Below are positions 25,749-36,505 of a stretch of 64,000 nucleotides of DNA, in pieces. A program made the translations under genes and the position numbers. The DNA comes from Epiperipatus broadwayi (taxonomy: Eukaryota; Animalia; Onychophora): assembly GCA_028023455.1 (NCBI GenBank), contig JAQFVV010000006.1:8866001-8930000 (forward strand). Direction: 5' to 3'. Within the stretch, counting starts at the first letter, position 1. Every line of letters starts with the position of its first letter. The notes beneath the pieces are model-generated. The model saw only the letters and a program-made list of their open reading frames with translations, was not told the DNA's origin and searched no databases.

Positions 25749-26099
25749 TTTATGAAGAATATTCAAAATCTGTGTGGATTTTTCTAAAATGACGTATAAG
25801 AACTGAATGAAAATTTTAATAGTCATGTTGATAAAAAGGTTGCTGCTAATCTTACCAGCATGGGTCATTCAATAATTGTCTTCGATAATTAATTTAATAG
25901 ATAGCAAGCATTCATTTTTTTCCATTAACACAATATTTACCAAGTATGCACGCATAGTTATCAAGGGTCTCCAGATGAAGAGATGGTCTATTCACTTGCT
26001 ACGCTTCTGACTAGAGGGTTCGAATTCAAGCTAAATGAATTTTTTTTAAAAAAATATTTTAAATTTTTTTACTCTGGTAACTGATCTATAGCCACCCAG

Positions 26100-26710
26100 C
26101 TAATCATCTAACATTGGTCAATAAATAGATATACTTAGGTAAAGCGTAAAACAAGGAGGAAAAACGGGTTAAAATCCTCATCACCCAGCTAGTGACAAAG
26201 CCTCATGAGTATTGCATTTTCCCATCACTATTTGTCCACGAATTGCGGTTGGGAGGTCATTGCCCTGCAGACAGCTAATTAATAAAAAGGCTGTTTTGCA
26301 TTTTTCACACATAGCAGCTAAATGTTTAATGGTTAAGGCATCCACTCGACAGGCCCATGACCTGAGAGATTCCATTCCAAGTAAAACATGGAACATTTTT
26401 TTTAGATTCCAATCAAGTTATGAGCTTTTCTTTCAGATAGCCAGATCAGTGTATCCAACTGGCTATCCAATTATTGATTGAATACCAAACAAAGGAACAC
26501 ATGACTTTCGTCTGTATTCTTTGAATGGAAGTACCACATCTAAATCCCATCCTGGTTTCTGCCTATCGGCCTTCTTCAATGAAAGTGCTCAGGATGCACA
26601 GATACTAATTCAATGCTTCACAAAGGCCAAGAGTTATATGAGTGATAGAACATTTATTATACACCGATTACTCAAGTTTACAATAGAGGGCTCTGGAATA
26701 GAGAAATAGA
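26100..26710 (-). mobile_element. PLE RT N-terminal fragment, inverted relative to 26720-28050
   Basis: IVNLSNR, LKKADR..VVLPFKEYRRK and INNWIASWIH*SGYLKEKL..NVP.F resemble the PLE region upstream of RT motif A. Confidence 0.55.
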
Positions 26711-26719
26711 ATAGAATAT

Positions 26720-28050
26720 AGTTATATAGATGTTGATTGAAATAAACTCTTTGTTTTTACTTCACCTTCGAGTGGTAAGTTTTAATTGTGCTTTACGCAA
26801 AAAAGTGAAGCTTAGTATTATTAGTGGAATTTTTGAAATGGATAGATCAGAATATTGTGGCCATATTTAATGGTAAATGGTTTAGAATGAAGAACAGAGG
26901 GTCAATGGGTCTCACAATTAGTGGGATCATAACTAGTATTTTCCTAAATTATTTTGAAAAGCAAATACTGACTAAGTACTATGCAATTGAACCAGACATA
27001 ATATATACTCGCTAATGTTGACGAGGTATTCTTAGCAGCACCAGAACAAATAATAATGGATATTCAGAAAGAGCTGCAAACACAAACCTCCTTAACAATT
27101 AACTGCATAGCAGAAAACCTGCAGTACAATGTTAAATACCTGGATATTCAAGTTCATAGAGACCATCAACTTACCTATGCCATGATAGTCAAGCCATTGG
27201 AAATTCGAGGATTTATACACCCAAACTTGAACTCACCCAACTCGCATAAATTGGCTGGATTCGCATACTTCCTGCACAAAAATCATAGACTATGTAAATT
27301 TTGAAGCCGACAGCAAAAAAAATCTCACAAACTATATTAAAGAACTGGAAAGTGTTGGATTTTCACACATTATCTACAAAAAGATTAGGCAATTTGAGAC
27401 TAAGCTACAAACTGACACGGTTAGAAACAATAAACCAAGAATGCTATTACCTTACATACCATCAATTTCTAGAATATATTATAAAATATTTGCCGAATCC
27501 TTAGAATTAGGATTCCACACACCGCCTTCAACAAACAGACTGATAAACAATACCAAAGACAAAATACTCTCTGATCAAATAGCCAAGCAGTTTACAAATT
27601 TTCATGCTCTACCAATGGATGTAGAGCAGCATATTATGGGGAGAGATCCGTGCTAACATCACTATTTATACAGGAGAGCTCTAAGAAATACTGAAAACAA
27701 ATCCATATTCTTTGAGCACCAAAAAACAACAGACCATGTGTTCGAACTCACTATGGCAAGGGCACTATGCACTGAACGTAATGATATGAAATGAAAGATT
27801 ACGGAGGCATGCTTTATTGCAAATGACAACTATGCAATAAACTTAAAAAAGAATTGTGCTTTGCAATCTCCAGAAAATGGTCAATATGACAGAAAAGTTT
27901 GAATAAATTTTGCATAAATTACTGCCAAGCTTTGTTTAAAATCTCAATGTAAGCCGACACTCCCAAGATAGGCTATGAATATGGAAACCTAAGTTCCCCG
28001 AAAGCGCTAAGCCTTATTAAAGCGCAATTGAATAATAGATGTTGATTGTA
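26720..28050 (+). mobile_element. Penelope-like element remnant (RT motif A onward, GIY-YIG, 3' HHR)
   Basis: FNGKWF..GSMGLTISGIITSIFLNYFEK, YTR*VDEVF, KYLDI, LPYIPSIS, NNTKDK; HHR at 27970-28014. Confidence 0.85.
27970..28014 (+). ncRNA. Minimal hammerhead, A3-U8 core variant
   Basis: AGGCU-AUGAAUA-U GGAAAC CUAA GUUCCC C-GAAA-GCGC-UA/AGCCU; perfect 5-bp stem I; palindromic GCGC loop; ATTAAA follows. Confidence 0.65.
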
Positions 28051-28190
28051 AGCTGGAACCATGTGATGTTTTGGTTGGTATCAGTGGCACATCTATTACA
28101 CAGCAAACCAGAAATGCATATGATCCCTGCGTCTCAGAGATCCCTTAATTCAATATGTACATTCAAAATATATTAGTCAATATAGTAGAA

Positions 28191-28405
28191 ATCAAATGAT
28201 CATCATTTCTTATGCTTACACAAGCTTGTTAAACAGTAGCAAGCTCTCCATACGGTAGAATCATCCAATGCAAGCCAGAGTAATCAATGGATGCGAGAAG
28301 GTTTATACCTAAAATCCATATCTAGTGCTTACTCATTCAATATCCCCAGACTAGCTTGTAGTGTTCATTTGGGAGCACTGCACTAAATCATAGGATCTAA
28401 TGCAA
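28191..28405 (-). mobile_element. Family A copy A5 (single arm, HHR partly deleted)
   Basis: Tail atcaaatgatcatc followed by family A body; no TSD seen. Confidence 0.8.
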
Positions 28406-29479
28406 ATGATAAAAAAAGTATTTTTGAAATTTTGTGTAGGAGCCAAAAAATTCTAGCTACACCATTGATACTTTAAACGTAATAGTTGTTTTAATTAAAG
28501 CAACATCCACAATTGTATCAAACACAATTCTGCAGAAAGTAGCTATTTTTTGAAATAATGAGATTAGACCACAATAAATACAATAATATACTTTAATAAT
28601 AAAGCTGTTCCTAATTCATACTCAATTTCTTATATTCAACATACGCCAATAAAATGAGAATTTAATTCAAATTTGCGCATTCGACTACCTTTGCTAATAA
28701 CTTGGATGACAGAACCTTTAAAGAATAGATAGCTTCCATTGATAATAAGAGAAAATTTTTGCTCTATAATACATAAATAAATATAAGGCGCGATACAATC
28801 AAATTATATTTTCACAAAATACATGTATCTACCAAATTACATTTGCACAATATATATGTATCTAGTACTCTTAACTGCAAATTTAATTAATAGGTTGATC
28901 TCTCATAGAGTCTACATTTTAGCTCTCTATTGTAAACTTTCAATATCATTAACTGTTATCTAACGTAAATAAACAGATGCGTCAGTTACAGTCTAGCCTT
29001 GTCAGCTATGCCACAAATCTAAACATGTTTTTCATATTAGAAGAGCAGTCCGAACTTCATACATAAATAATTTCATGCAATCTATTTATTTTTTTAAAGT
29101 ATGGACATATTAGTGCATGACCAGTTTTATAACAAGTTTTAACTAAGTTATATAATAGTAAATACATACAATGCATGGGGTCTAGATATCTGTTCTTCAC
29201 AACAAAATTGGAGTCATAACTTCATTTATAACTAACGTCACGTGATCCATTAATTTTTTTAAAATGGGAATATCAATGGTAATCTTATTTGTAATTAAAC
29301 TGGTCATGCGATAGTTTGAATCTTCGTCATCATTTTCGACCAGTATTGATTCACTGCAGCATGATCTCTTCAAGTTTGATTCAGTTTCTCTAATCTCTCT
29401 TCTCCATACCATCTCACTACATAAGTCACTTTTTAGGTCGTTAATAATCTCTTGGGATCCAATTTTAAACTTCAGCCGT

Positions 29480-30060
29480 TCATCTATTTCCATCTCTTTT
29501 AGCAACGTCCAATTTCATTTCAGTTTCTTAATTCTTTCAATGATGCTAATGGTATTTGTTCCATTTCTCACCCATGCATTTCATTTTTGAATCTCTTCTT
29601 GTTACTCCTTACGTACATCTCTCCATATCTCTTTGAGTGATCTGAAGTCTCAGAGTTGCTATTCTGTGAAGTGTTTAAGTTTCAGATCCAAAAGTAAGAA
29701 CTGGTAAAATACGTCTTAAAATTCTTCCATTTCAAACACATAGGCATATTTCCTTTTAATATCAAGTTATTTCAACCAAAAACGTTCCATCCAAGTTTAA
29801 TTCTATGATTAATTTCATCCACTATATTTCCATTTGTATTAATAATTTGAGCAGGGTGTTTGTGATTGTTAACTTCCCTGAAGCTGCAAATTCTAAATGA
29901 TTTCAATAATTTCCTTTTACTTATACTCCTGTTGCTTTCCATTCCAGTCTACGAAAAACTTCTCGTGAAACGGTTATAAAAGTTTTGCAGATATGGAATT
30001 ATCTAGTCATACACTCTTTTCAATATTAGACTTAATATTAAATCATCTATACTCTTTATT
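29480..30060 (-). mobile_element. RTE-type LINE remnant (RT C-terminal region)
   Basis: GNIVDEINHRIKLGWN..LQITQRDMERCTLGVTRRD..ISIIERIKKLKWNW; close match to 60740-60830. Confidence 0.75.
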
Positions 30061-30704
30061 ACTGTTTCACAATGTTTTATTTACAATCCTCTTTTTTGAC
30101 AGTTCTTCAGAACACAGTTATCCTTCTTTAAATACATTAAGAGGAATTAAAGAGTCTCTTTTCAGTTAACAGCAAATTATCTTCGGCAGCCATATATACA
30201 TATAAAGAGAATTATCTCACTTCAAAATTCACATGAATTGATAATTATTATAAATGCTACATTAAATATGTAATGTTAAAAAATCCGCTAAGAATATTTA
30301 TAATATGTTTCATTTCATATTTATGTTAGCAAAATTATTTGAAATAATAGTTTAATAGTTCAATTTTACACGATTAGTTTTTAAAGCCAGTACAAAACAG
30401 TAATTACATGACAACATATTGTCACTTTAAAAAATAAAGAGAATGCAAGAATACATTTATACACAAAAGTTCTAGCTGCTATTCTGATGTGGTAAATGGA
30501 TCCCTAGGAATACCTGATGATACTGGGTTATAGGCAAAACATAGGTAGTATGAAACGTCAGTCTGTATATTTTATATAGTTATTAAAGTTTAAGTTCGTA
30601 ATACAGTGCACTAAAATATGAATAATCTTGACAAATATTCTAATATTATATACACTTGCAATAGCTTAAATACTAAAAAAACATATATAAAAAATACAAC
30701 TTAC

Positions 30705-30772
30705 TTTACCCCATGATATAGTGATATGTGATTTAAATGTCCACTGACACCGTTTTCGTCAAAAGTTATTAC
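30705..30772 (-). CDS. PIGL: PIGL 68-bp exon (VITFDENGVSGHLNHISLYHGVK)
   Basis: Catalytic TFD..GVSGH.NH motif; acceptor tgtag|, donor |gtaagt. Confidence 0.97.
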
Positions 30773-30937
30773 CTACATATATAATAATAATAATAAAAAA
30801 ATTATAATAAATTACTTAATAGACAGGGTATATATATATAGACATAGGTATATATAAGCCTGTGTATTTCATCTATTATAATAAATTACTTATAAATTCT
30901 CCCCCCACCACTCTTTTTTCATTTTTAGTTTTTAATT

Positions 30938-31284
30938 TAAATACTTTTAAGACAGGCTTTAATCTGTATCGAATGCATCTTGAAATTTATCATAGTCAAG
31001 CAATATCTTTATTTTGCCGATAGATGGACCTCAAAAAATGAACCACAAGATAGCGACTTTTATAAAGATAAGGGTGGCCATCTTATCTTTAACCCAATTT
31101 TCCACTTATATAGGCTTAGTGGAAAGTTAGGTTAAAGATAAGATACCACTCTTATCTTTATAAAAGTCTCTATCTTGTGTTGTGGTTTGAGAAGTCCCTC
31201 TATTGGCAAAATAAGGTTAATGCTTGACTATTATAAATTCAAGGCGCATTTGATACATGTTAAAGTCTTTCTTAAAAGTATTTA
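30938..31284. repeat. ~350-bp foldback palindrome / MITE-like element
   Basis: Arms of ~170 bp centred near 31110 (taaatacttttaag...cttaaaagtattta); no HHR core seen. Confidence 0.8.
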
Positions 31285-31562
31285 CATATACTTCCTGTGA
31301 GTTTAATAAATAATTATAATACTTTTTACTTTGAAGTAGCTTTTACAAAATAATAAATAGATTAACATTTCTGTGTTTTGTATGACAAGATAATTTAACA
31401 TTATGGGCAATAAATTTACCAAAAATTAATTAATTTCCAATATTAACACACCAAACATGTGGAAATACAATTATCTCATATTAACTATAATCAAGATAAT
31501 ACAGAGAATCCTCAACATAAGCAAACTTACATAAGAAAACCTATATGTAAAATAAAGTTTTG

Positions 31563-31901
31563 TAAGGGACTTGAACTCAGATTTTCAAACACCACACAGT
31601 TATCCAATCCATCTTATACAACTGGAGCACATGACCACATTCATGTGAAAAAGATAAATTATCCCCAATATATGTACTTCGTGCTGAACCAGCACTCATC
31701 AGTTGGTCCAGATCATCATCTCTGACACATATATACAATCACTGCTCAGCACGAAATACGTATACTGGAGATCATATATCCTTTTCACATGTAAGTGGTC
31801 ATGTGGTATCAGTTGTATAAGATGGATTGGATAGCTGTGGGGTGTTTGAAAATCTGAGTTAAGTCCCTTATATTAGTATACACAATATACATGTATTTAA
31901 A
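31563..31901. mobile_element. Family D HHR element (inverted arm, forward arm, ~30-bp tail)
   Basis: 15-bp TSD taaaa(t/c)aaagttttg (31548-31562 and 31902-31916); HHR on minus at 31665-31706; partial second copy at 39790-39895. Confidence 0.85.
31665..31706 (-). ncRNA. Family D hammerhead
   Basis: CCAA-CUGAUGA-GUGCUG GUU CAGCAC-GAAG-UACAUA-UA/UUGG; the opposite arm (31747-31768) retains GAAA-UACGUA-UA. Confidence 0.65.
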
Positions 31902-32289
31902 TAAAACAAAGTTTTGAAAAATATCCAATTCCCAGATGGTGTTGTACATTTAACTGAACATGGCTGATTAAATACATTTTATGTATTCAATGCTCAGATG
32001 TGTAGCACCAATTTTAGCTATGGCCTCACCAATTCTTCCAGGCGTGGTCTTCATTTTTTTAAAAAAAAAAACAAGCAAACTAGAAGACAAGATTCTAACA
32101 ATTCTACAGATTAAAAACCATCTATATGGCTGAGGTATAATTAACAACTCTTCATTGTTTGATCTCACAGAAACTACTTTACGATGAGATTTTAAATTCT
32201 CGAGTATAATAACACATCAAGTTCATTACAGAAATAAATAAATCAATTAAAGAAATATAGTTTATCATACCTACAGTAAATAGAAAATA

Positions 32290-33150
32290 ATATACTGTTC
32301 GAGCATTTTATATGGTTAAATTCTTTTAGATAGAAAAAGTATTCCAATAAATTTGGATGAGAAAATTATATAATCAATATAAAACAAAGGCAAAACTTTC
32401 CATACAGTAGTGCCACCCTGTGCCAAACAGAGTAATCAATGGATGCCAGAAGGTTTGTGCATAAAATCCCTATCTGGCATCCATTGATTACTCTGTTTGG
32501 CACAGGGTGGCACTACTGTATGGAGAGTTTTGCCTTTGTTTACAACAATTATGTGCTAGTATAGAGAAGGTGATCACGTCATAATCAATATAACAGAGGC
32601 AGTTGAGATCAAGTCCCAATAAATCCTTAAATGAAAGATTAAAGGTTCAAATAGAAAACCTCGTGGAAGGTGACTAAGCTAGACGTGTGAAAGTAGGAGT
32701 ATCAATCAAAGCAACCAACTTGGATCAGTCTTATTTTTTGGACTTTCAGAAGGTTTTTGACAGCAGTGACCCAGATTGAAGTCAGTTAAGCTTGAATTGT
32801 ATAGAGTTGATATAAACTAATTAACCTTCTGAAGAATACCTATGATAACTCAACAGTACTTGTCAGAATGTATGAAAAAATTGAAAGCTGGTATGAAATT
32901 GGAAAATCCAACTTCATCAAGCATAATCATTACATAATTGGAATGTCTGATCTCTAAAAACAAAAGCATATCAGTTCACAAAAGAAAAATCAATAACTGA
33001 CAATACGCAGATGACGTAAAAATCATAGAAAATGATATAGTGAATCAATATTTGATGTACTAAACTATGTATGGAGTTTATAAGCAAAAAGTTGATCTGA
33101 TATGAAAATTCACTAAAAATGTTGTCAGCGGCAAAAAGAATGATAAATAA
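32290..33150 (+). mobile_element. RTE-type LINE RT remnant, interrupted by family A copy A6
   Basis: LNERLKVQIENLVEGD, FLDFQKVFDS, INLLKNTYDNSTVLVRM, QYADDVKII. Confidence 0.75.
32383..32580. mobile_element. Family A copy A6 (near-perfect hairpin plus tail)
   Basis: 13-bp TSD ataatcaatataa (32370-32382 and 32581-32593); ~70-bp stem with a single mismatch. Confidence 0.9.
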
Positions 33151-34637
33151 ATGGCAGTATAATTTGCACATTTATTTACCGACAGTAACATTATATGATC
33201 CTCCCATTCACTTAGTTATTATATGCAGTCATGATTAGTTATCTCCCCTACGCTAGAGCTGTATATTATAAGCTTGAGTAGAAATGGAGATTAACTACTT
33301 TTGGAAATGATGAGAGCATCATACAGTGTTACTGGTATTAACTTTCGTAGCCAAAGAATAAAAAAGAACCTAAACATATTATGGAACTGACTTGATGTTA
33401 GATCTCCATGACTATGCAAGTGAATTAACATGATTTTAAAGATATTTTTATATTTCAGGATATTAGCTTGAGGAGTAGAAAGGAATAAAAAACTGTCTGA
33501 TTTAGGTGTTCAAGAACATTAGTTCTAACTTTAAATTCTGTCGTTGATAGATAAAGTCGAAAGCCAGATCCAGGCTTGGAGGTGAGAATTTTATAGCACT
33601 ATACCACCTGGTTTCCAATGATTACTCGCAGAAGATGGCTTGCTTTTAGAATTTTGAACGTGAAAAATTATCGAAGGTCATATTTCATTAATACATAACA
33701 CAGTTAACCAGTAAATCACCAAAGCTCCGAAACTTATTTAATGAACATTCGCAGAAAGTATTAGTTTGGAAAAAAAAAAAAAATGTCTGCAATTTTTATT
33801 CTTAAAGGACGTTATGAGAATTAAATTACAATGATCATTTATTTGCCAATATATATAAATTTTTCCTTTCATTTGTATTTGTAATTCAAATTTTCATATA
33901 TTTGTTTGTCTGTATAATGGTTTTTTCTTTTTTATAATCTAAAGCCGAGTGTACTATGATTATAGCGAACTTCACGGGAAGTGCACTCAACTTTAAGTTA
34001 TAAAAAAAGTAACCACTTGGTTTTGCAGATGAACAAATATATGCAAATTTGAATGATAAATATAAAGTAAATAGGATTATCTAATTTTTTAAACTAACTG
34101 ACTACTTAATTAATACATTAATATTATAACTTTGGCAATAGGCAATTTAACAGACCGCATTTATGATAATTCTGTTGTATATATATCTAGATGAATTGGT
34201 ATTATCTTAAATTTTGGAGACTCTTATTTAATAGACCAGTAAGCTTCATAGGCAGGATCCAGTTTGTTTTTGCTCTTAGAATACTTAACAATGCAAGAGA
34301 TATATTGATACCAAAATAATAGACTTTTGAAAGATTTATTGCTTGAGTATATATATGACGTCATCAAATCAACTTTTATTCATTTATTAATTTCATTTTT
34401 ATGACGGAATCTAGTCTAGACAAATTCTTTTTAAAAGACGTAAATGAATCTCATCTCCTGTTTTTACAACAAATTTGATGTTACAAATTTTCTTCATTGT
34501 TAGGTAAGATCTTATGCATTATGGTTTAGTAATATGTATGTTTTAATGTAAACAAATTTTGAAAATAAATAAATATGCTGATACAAACATTTTCATGGGT
34601 TACAATCATCATTGCCCAGTTGATGGCTTGCGTGATC

Positions 34638-35140
34638 ATCCATTGATTAGTCTGGCTTGCACTGAGTGGCGCTACTGCATGGAGAGTTTAGCCTCTATGT
34701 AAACAATTTGTGTAAGCATAAGAAAGGTGATCATGTTAGGTTTAGTAGTTAATACCAATCCTGCCCAATAGGATTATAGTGACTGAGGTTATTAAAGAAC
34801 CAGACACCAAAAAGTATGGATGCTGAAGTGAGTTCAAATCTATATGACTGTACAAGCTAATGAGCTTGAATTGAAAACACTATTGTGTTTTCATTTTGGG
34901 CTAGGAGTTTTATAGTTAACCAAAACGATAAAATGTGGCTGCTGAAGGATTGCATTAAATCCTAAGATCTAAGTGCAGTGCTCTCGGATACAAGGAGCTC
35001 TTCACTGATGAAAGTCACAAACTGGAAATTAGTCTGGGAATATTGAATAAGTAGGACTAGTTCCTGCATCCACTGATTACTCTGGCTTGCACTGAGTGGC
35101 GCTACTATATGGAGAATTTTGCCGCTATGTAAAAATCATA
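34638..35140 (+). mobile_element. Family A copy A7 (head-to-tail, about 1.2 units)
   Basis: The 3' end of one unit (ggtgatcatgtt) runs into the head of the next (ttaataccaatcc); HHR at 34998-35041. Confidence 0.85.
34998..35041 (+). ncRNA. Family A hammerhead with compensatory stem II (AGU/ACU)
   Basis: CUCUUCA-CUGAUGA-A AGU CACAA ACU G-GAAA-UUAG-UC/UGGGAAU. Confidence 0.65.
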
Positions 35141-35908
35141 TACAGATGTACCAAAAAAAATAAATCAGTTATGGTTTTAAAGAGCACATAAATAATTGTA
35201 CAGCTTATCAAATATGTAACACTAAACCTATTCACGAAACAAACAAGTCCGCTTATGTTAGTAAGATAATTTACAAGCAAGATTCTTAAAGAATCATATA
35301 ATTAAATGAACCTGCAAACAATATCATCCATTTTATTACATCAATGACAATCAGATTTACCAAATAAAAGATTATCACTTTTATCTCACCTTCTGTTTGC
35401 TATATAATAATAAAGCAAGCATTGATAGTCGCAAAGGTTGAACGTTTCTATTAGAGGCAATTTTATATATATATATATCAAATACATGAAGTGATTTGAT
35501 TTAAAAATAAATATTGCTGCTAATAGAGAGTTTTGCCTTTTCAATTATCAATCCTTGATTTATTTATTATATAATTGTCATTGATATAAGAAAAAGATGG
35601 GTGTTGTTTGCAAGTTTGTTTAAATGATTCTTTGGAAATCTCGCTTGCGAATTATCTTAGTAACAAATTTGGAAGTTTGACTTATATATGTATCTAATAT
35701 AATGAGTGTGTTAATAGCTCTAAATAAGATTTTTTGATAAATGCCGCAAGAGAAAGCATTTAAAATCATCACCTAGAATTAACCCTATCCCGAAATGTTT
35801 GTTTAGAGCTATAAGCATGCTCATTATGTTAGATTTGTAATACAAGCTTTTTAAGTTAAGTCACGTGATATATGACTTGATTTTTTTTTAGTATTATATA
35901 TATATTAT

Positions 35909-36333
35909 TAAACAAGGTAAAACTCTCCATACAGTAATGCCACTCTGTGCCAACCAGGGTAATCAATGGAAGCCAGAAGGCTTGTGCATAAAATCCCTAT
36001 CTAGTGCCTACTCATCCAATATCCCCAGACTAGTTTCTGGCTTGTGGCCTTCGTCAGTAAGAAGCTTTGGATCTGAGAGCACTGCACCTAGATCTTAGGA
36101 TCTAATGCAACTCTCCAGCAGCCACCTTTTATCTCTTTTATCACTGACGAACGCCTCAAGCCAGAAACTAGTCTGGGGATATTGGATGAGTAGGCATTAG
36201 ATAGGGATTTTATGCATAAGCCTTCTGGCATCCATTGATTACTCTGGTTGGCAGAGGGTGGCATTACTGCATGGAGAGTTTTGCCTTGTTTAATAACAAT
36301 TGTGCTAGTATAAAAAGATGGTGATCATGTGAT
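35909..36333. mobile_element. Family A copy A8 (hairpin with two HHRs plus tail)
   Basis: Inverted arm 35909-36130, forward arm 36141-36333 ending GGTGATCATGTGAT; degenerate TA-rich TSD. Confidence 0.9.
36021..36066 (-). ncRNA. Family A hammerhead, best-formed copy (stem II GGC/GCC)
   Basis: CUUCUUA-CUGACGA-A GGC CACAA GCC A-GAAA-CUAG-UC/UGGGGAU; all core nucleotides intact; 6-bp stem I with G-U pairs. Confidence 0.75.
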
Positions 36334-36411
36334 TACATATATGTATGTATGAATATATTTAATTGAAGAAACACAATCCTAATTTTAGTAACATTTACGA
36401 CTAAATTACTG

Positions 36412-36505
36412 CATGGTTCAGTGCAGTGACAGAGTGGCTGACTCTAGAACCTAAATGGTCCCTGATCGCAACATGGTTTTATCACTTCCAGGGTTCAAAT
36501 ATCAT
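36412..36505 (+). mobile_element. Degenerate tRNA-derived SINE head
   Basis: TGGTTCAGTG..GACTCTAGAACC..GGGTTCAAAT. Confidence 0.35.

Noticed and set aside
20475-36333. Family A as a MITE or Helitron
   Set aside because: The inverted arms vary in length and lack the tail, TSDs are long and variable (11-18 bp), tandem units occur, and there is no CTRR end. This fits retroposition better.
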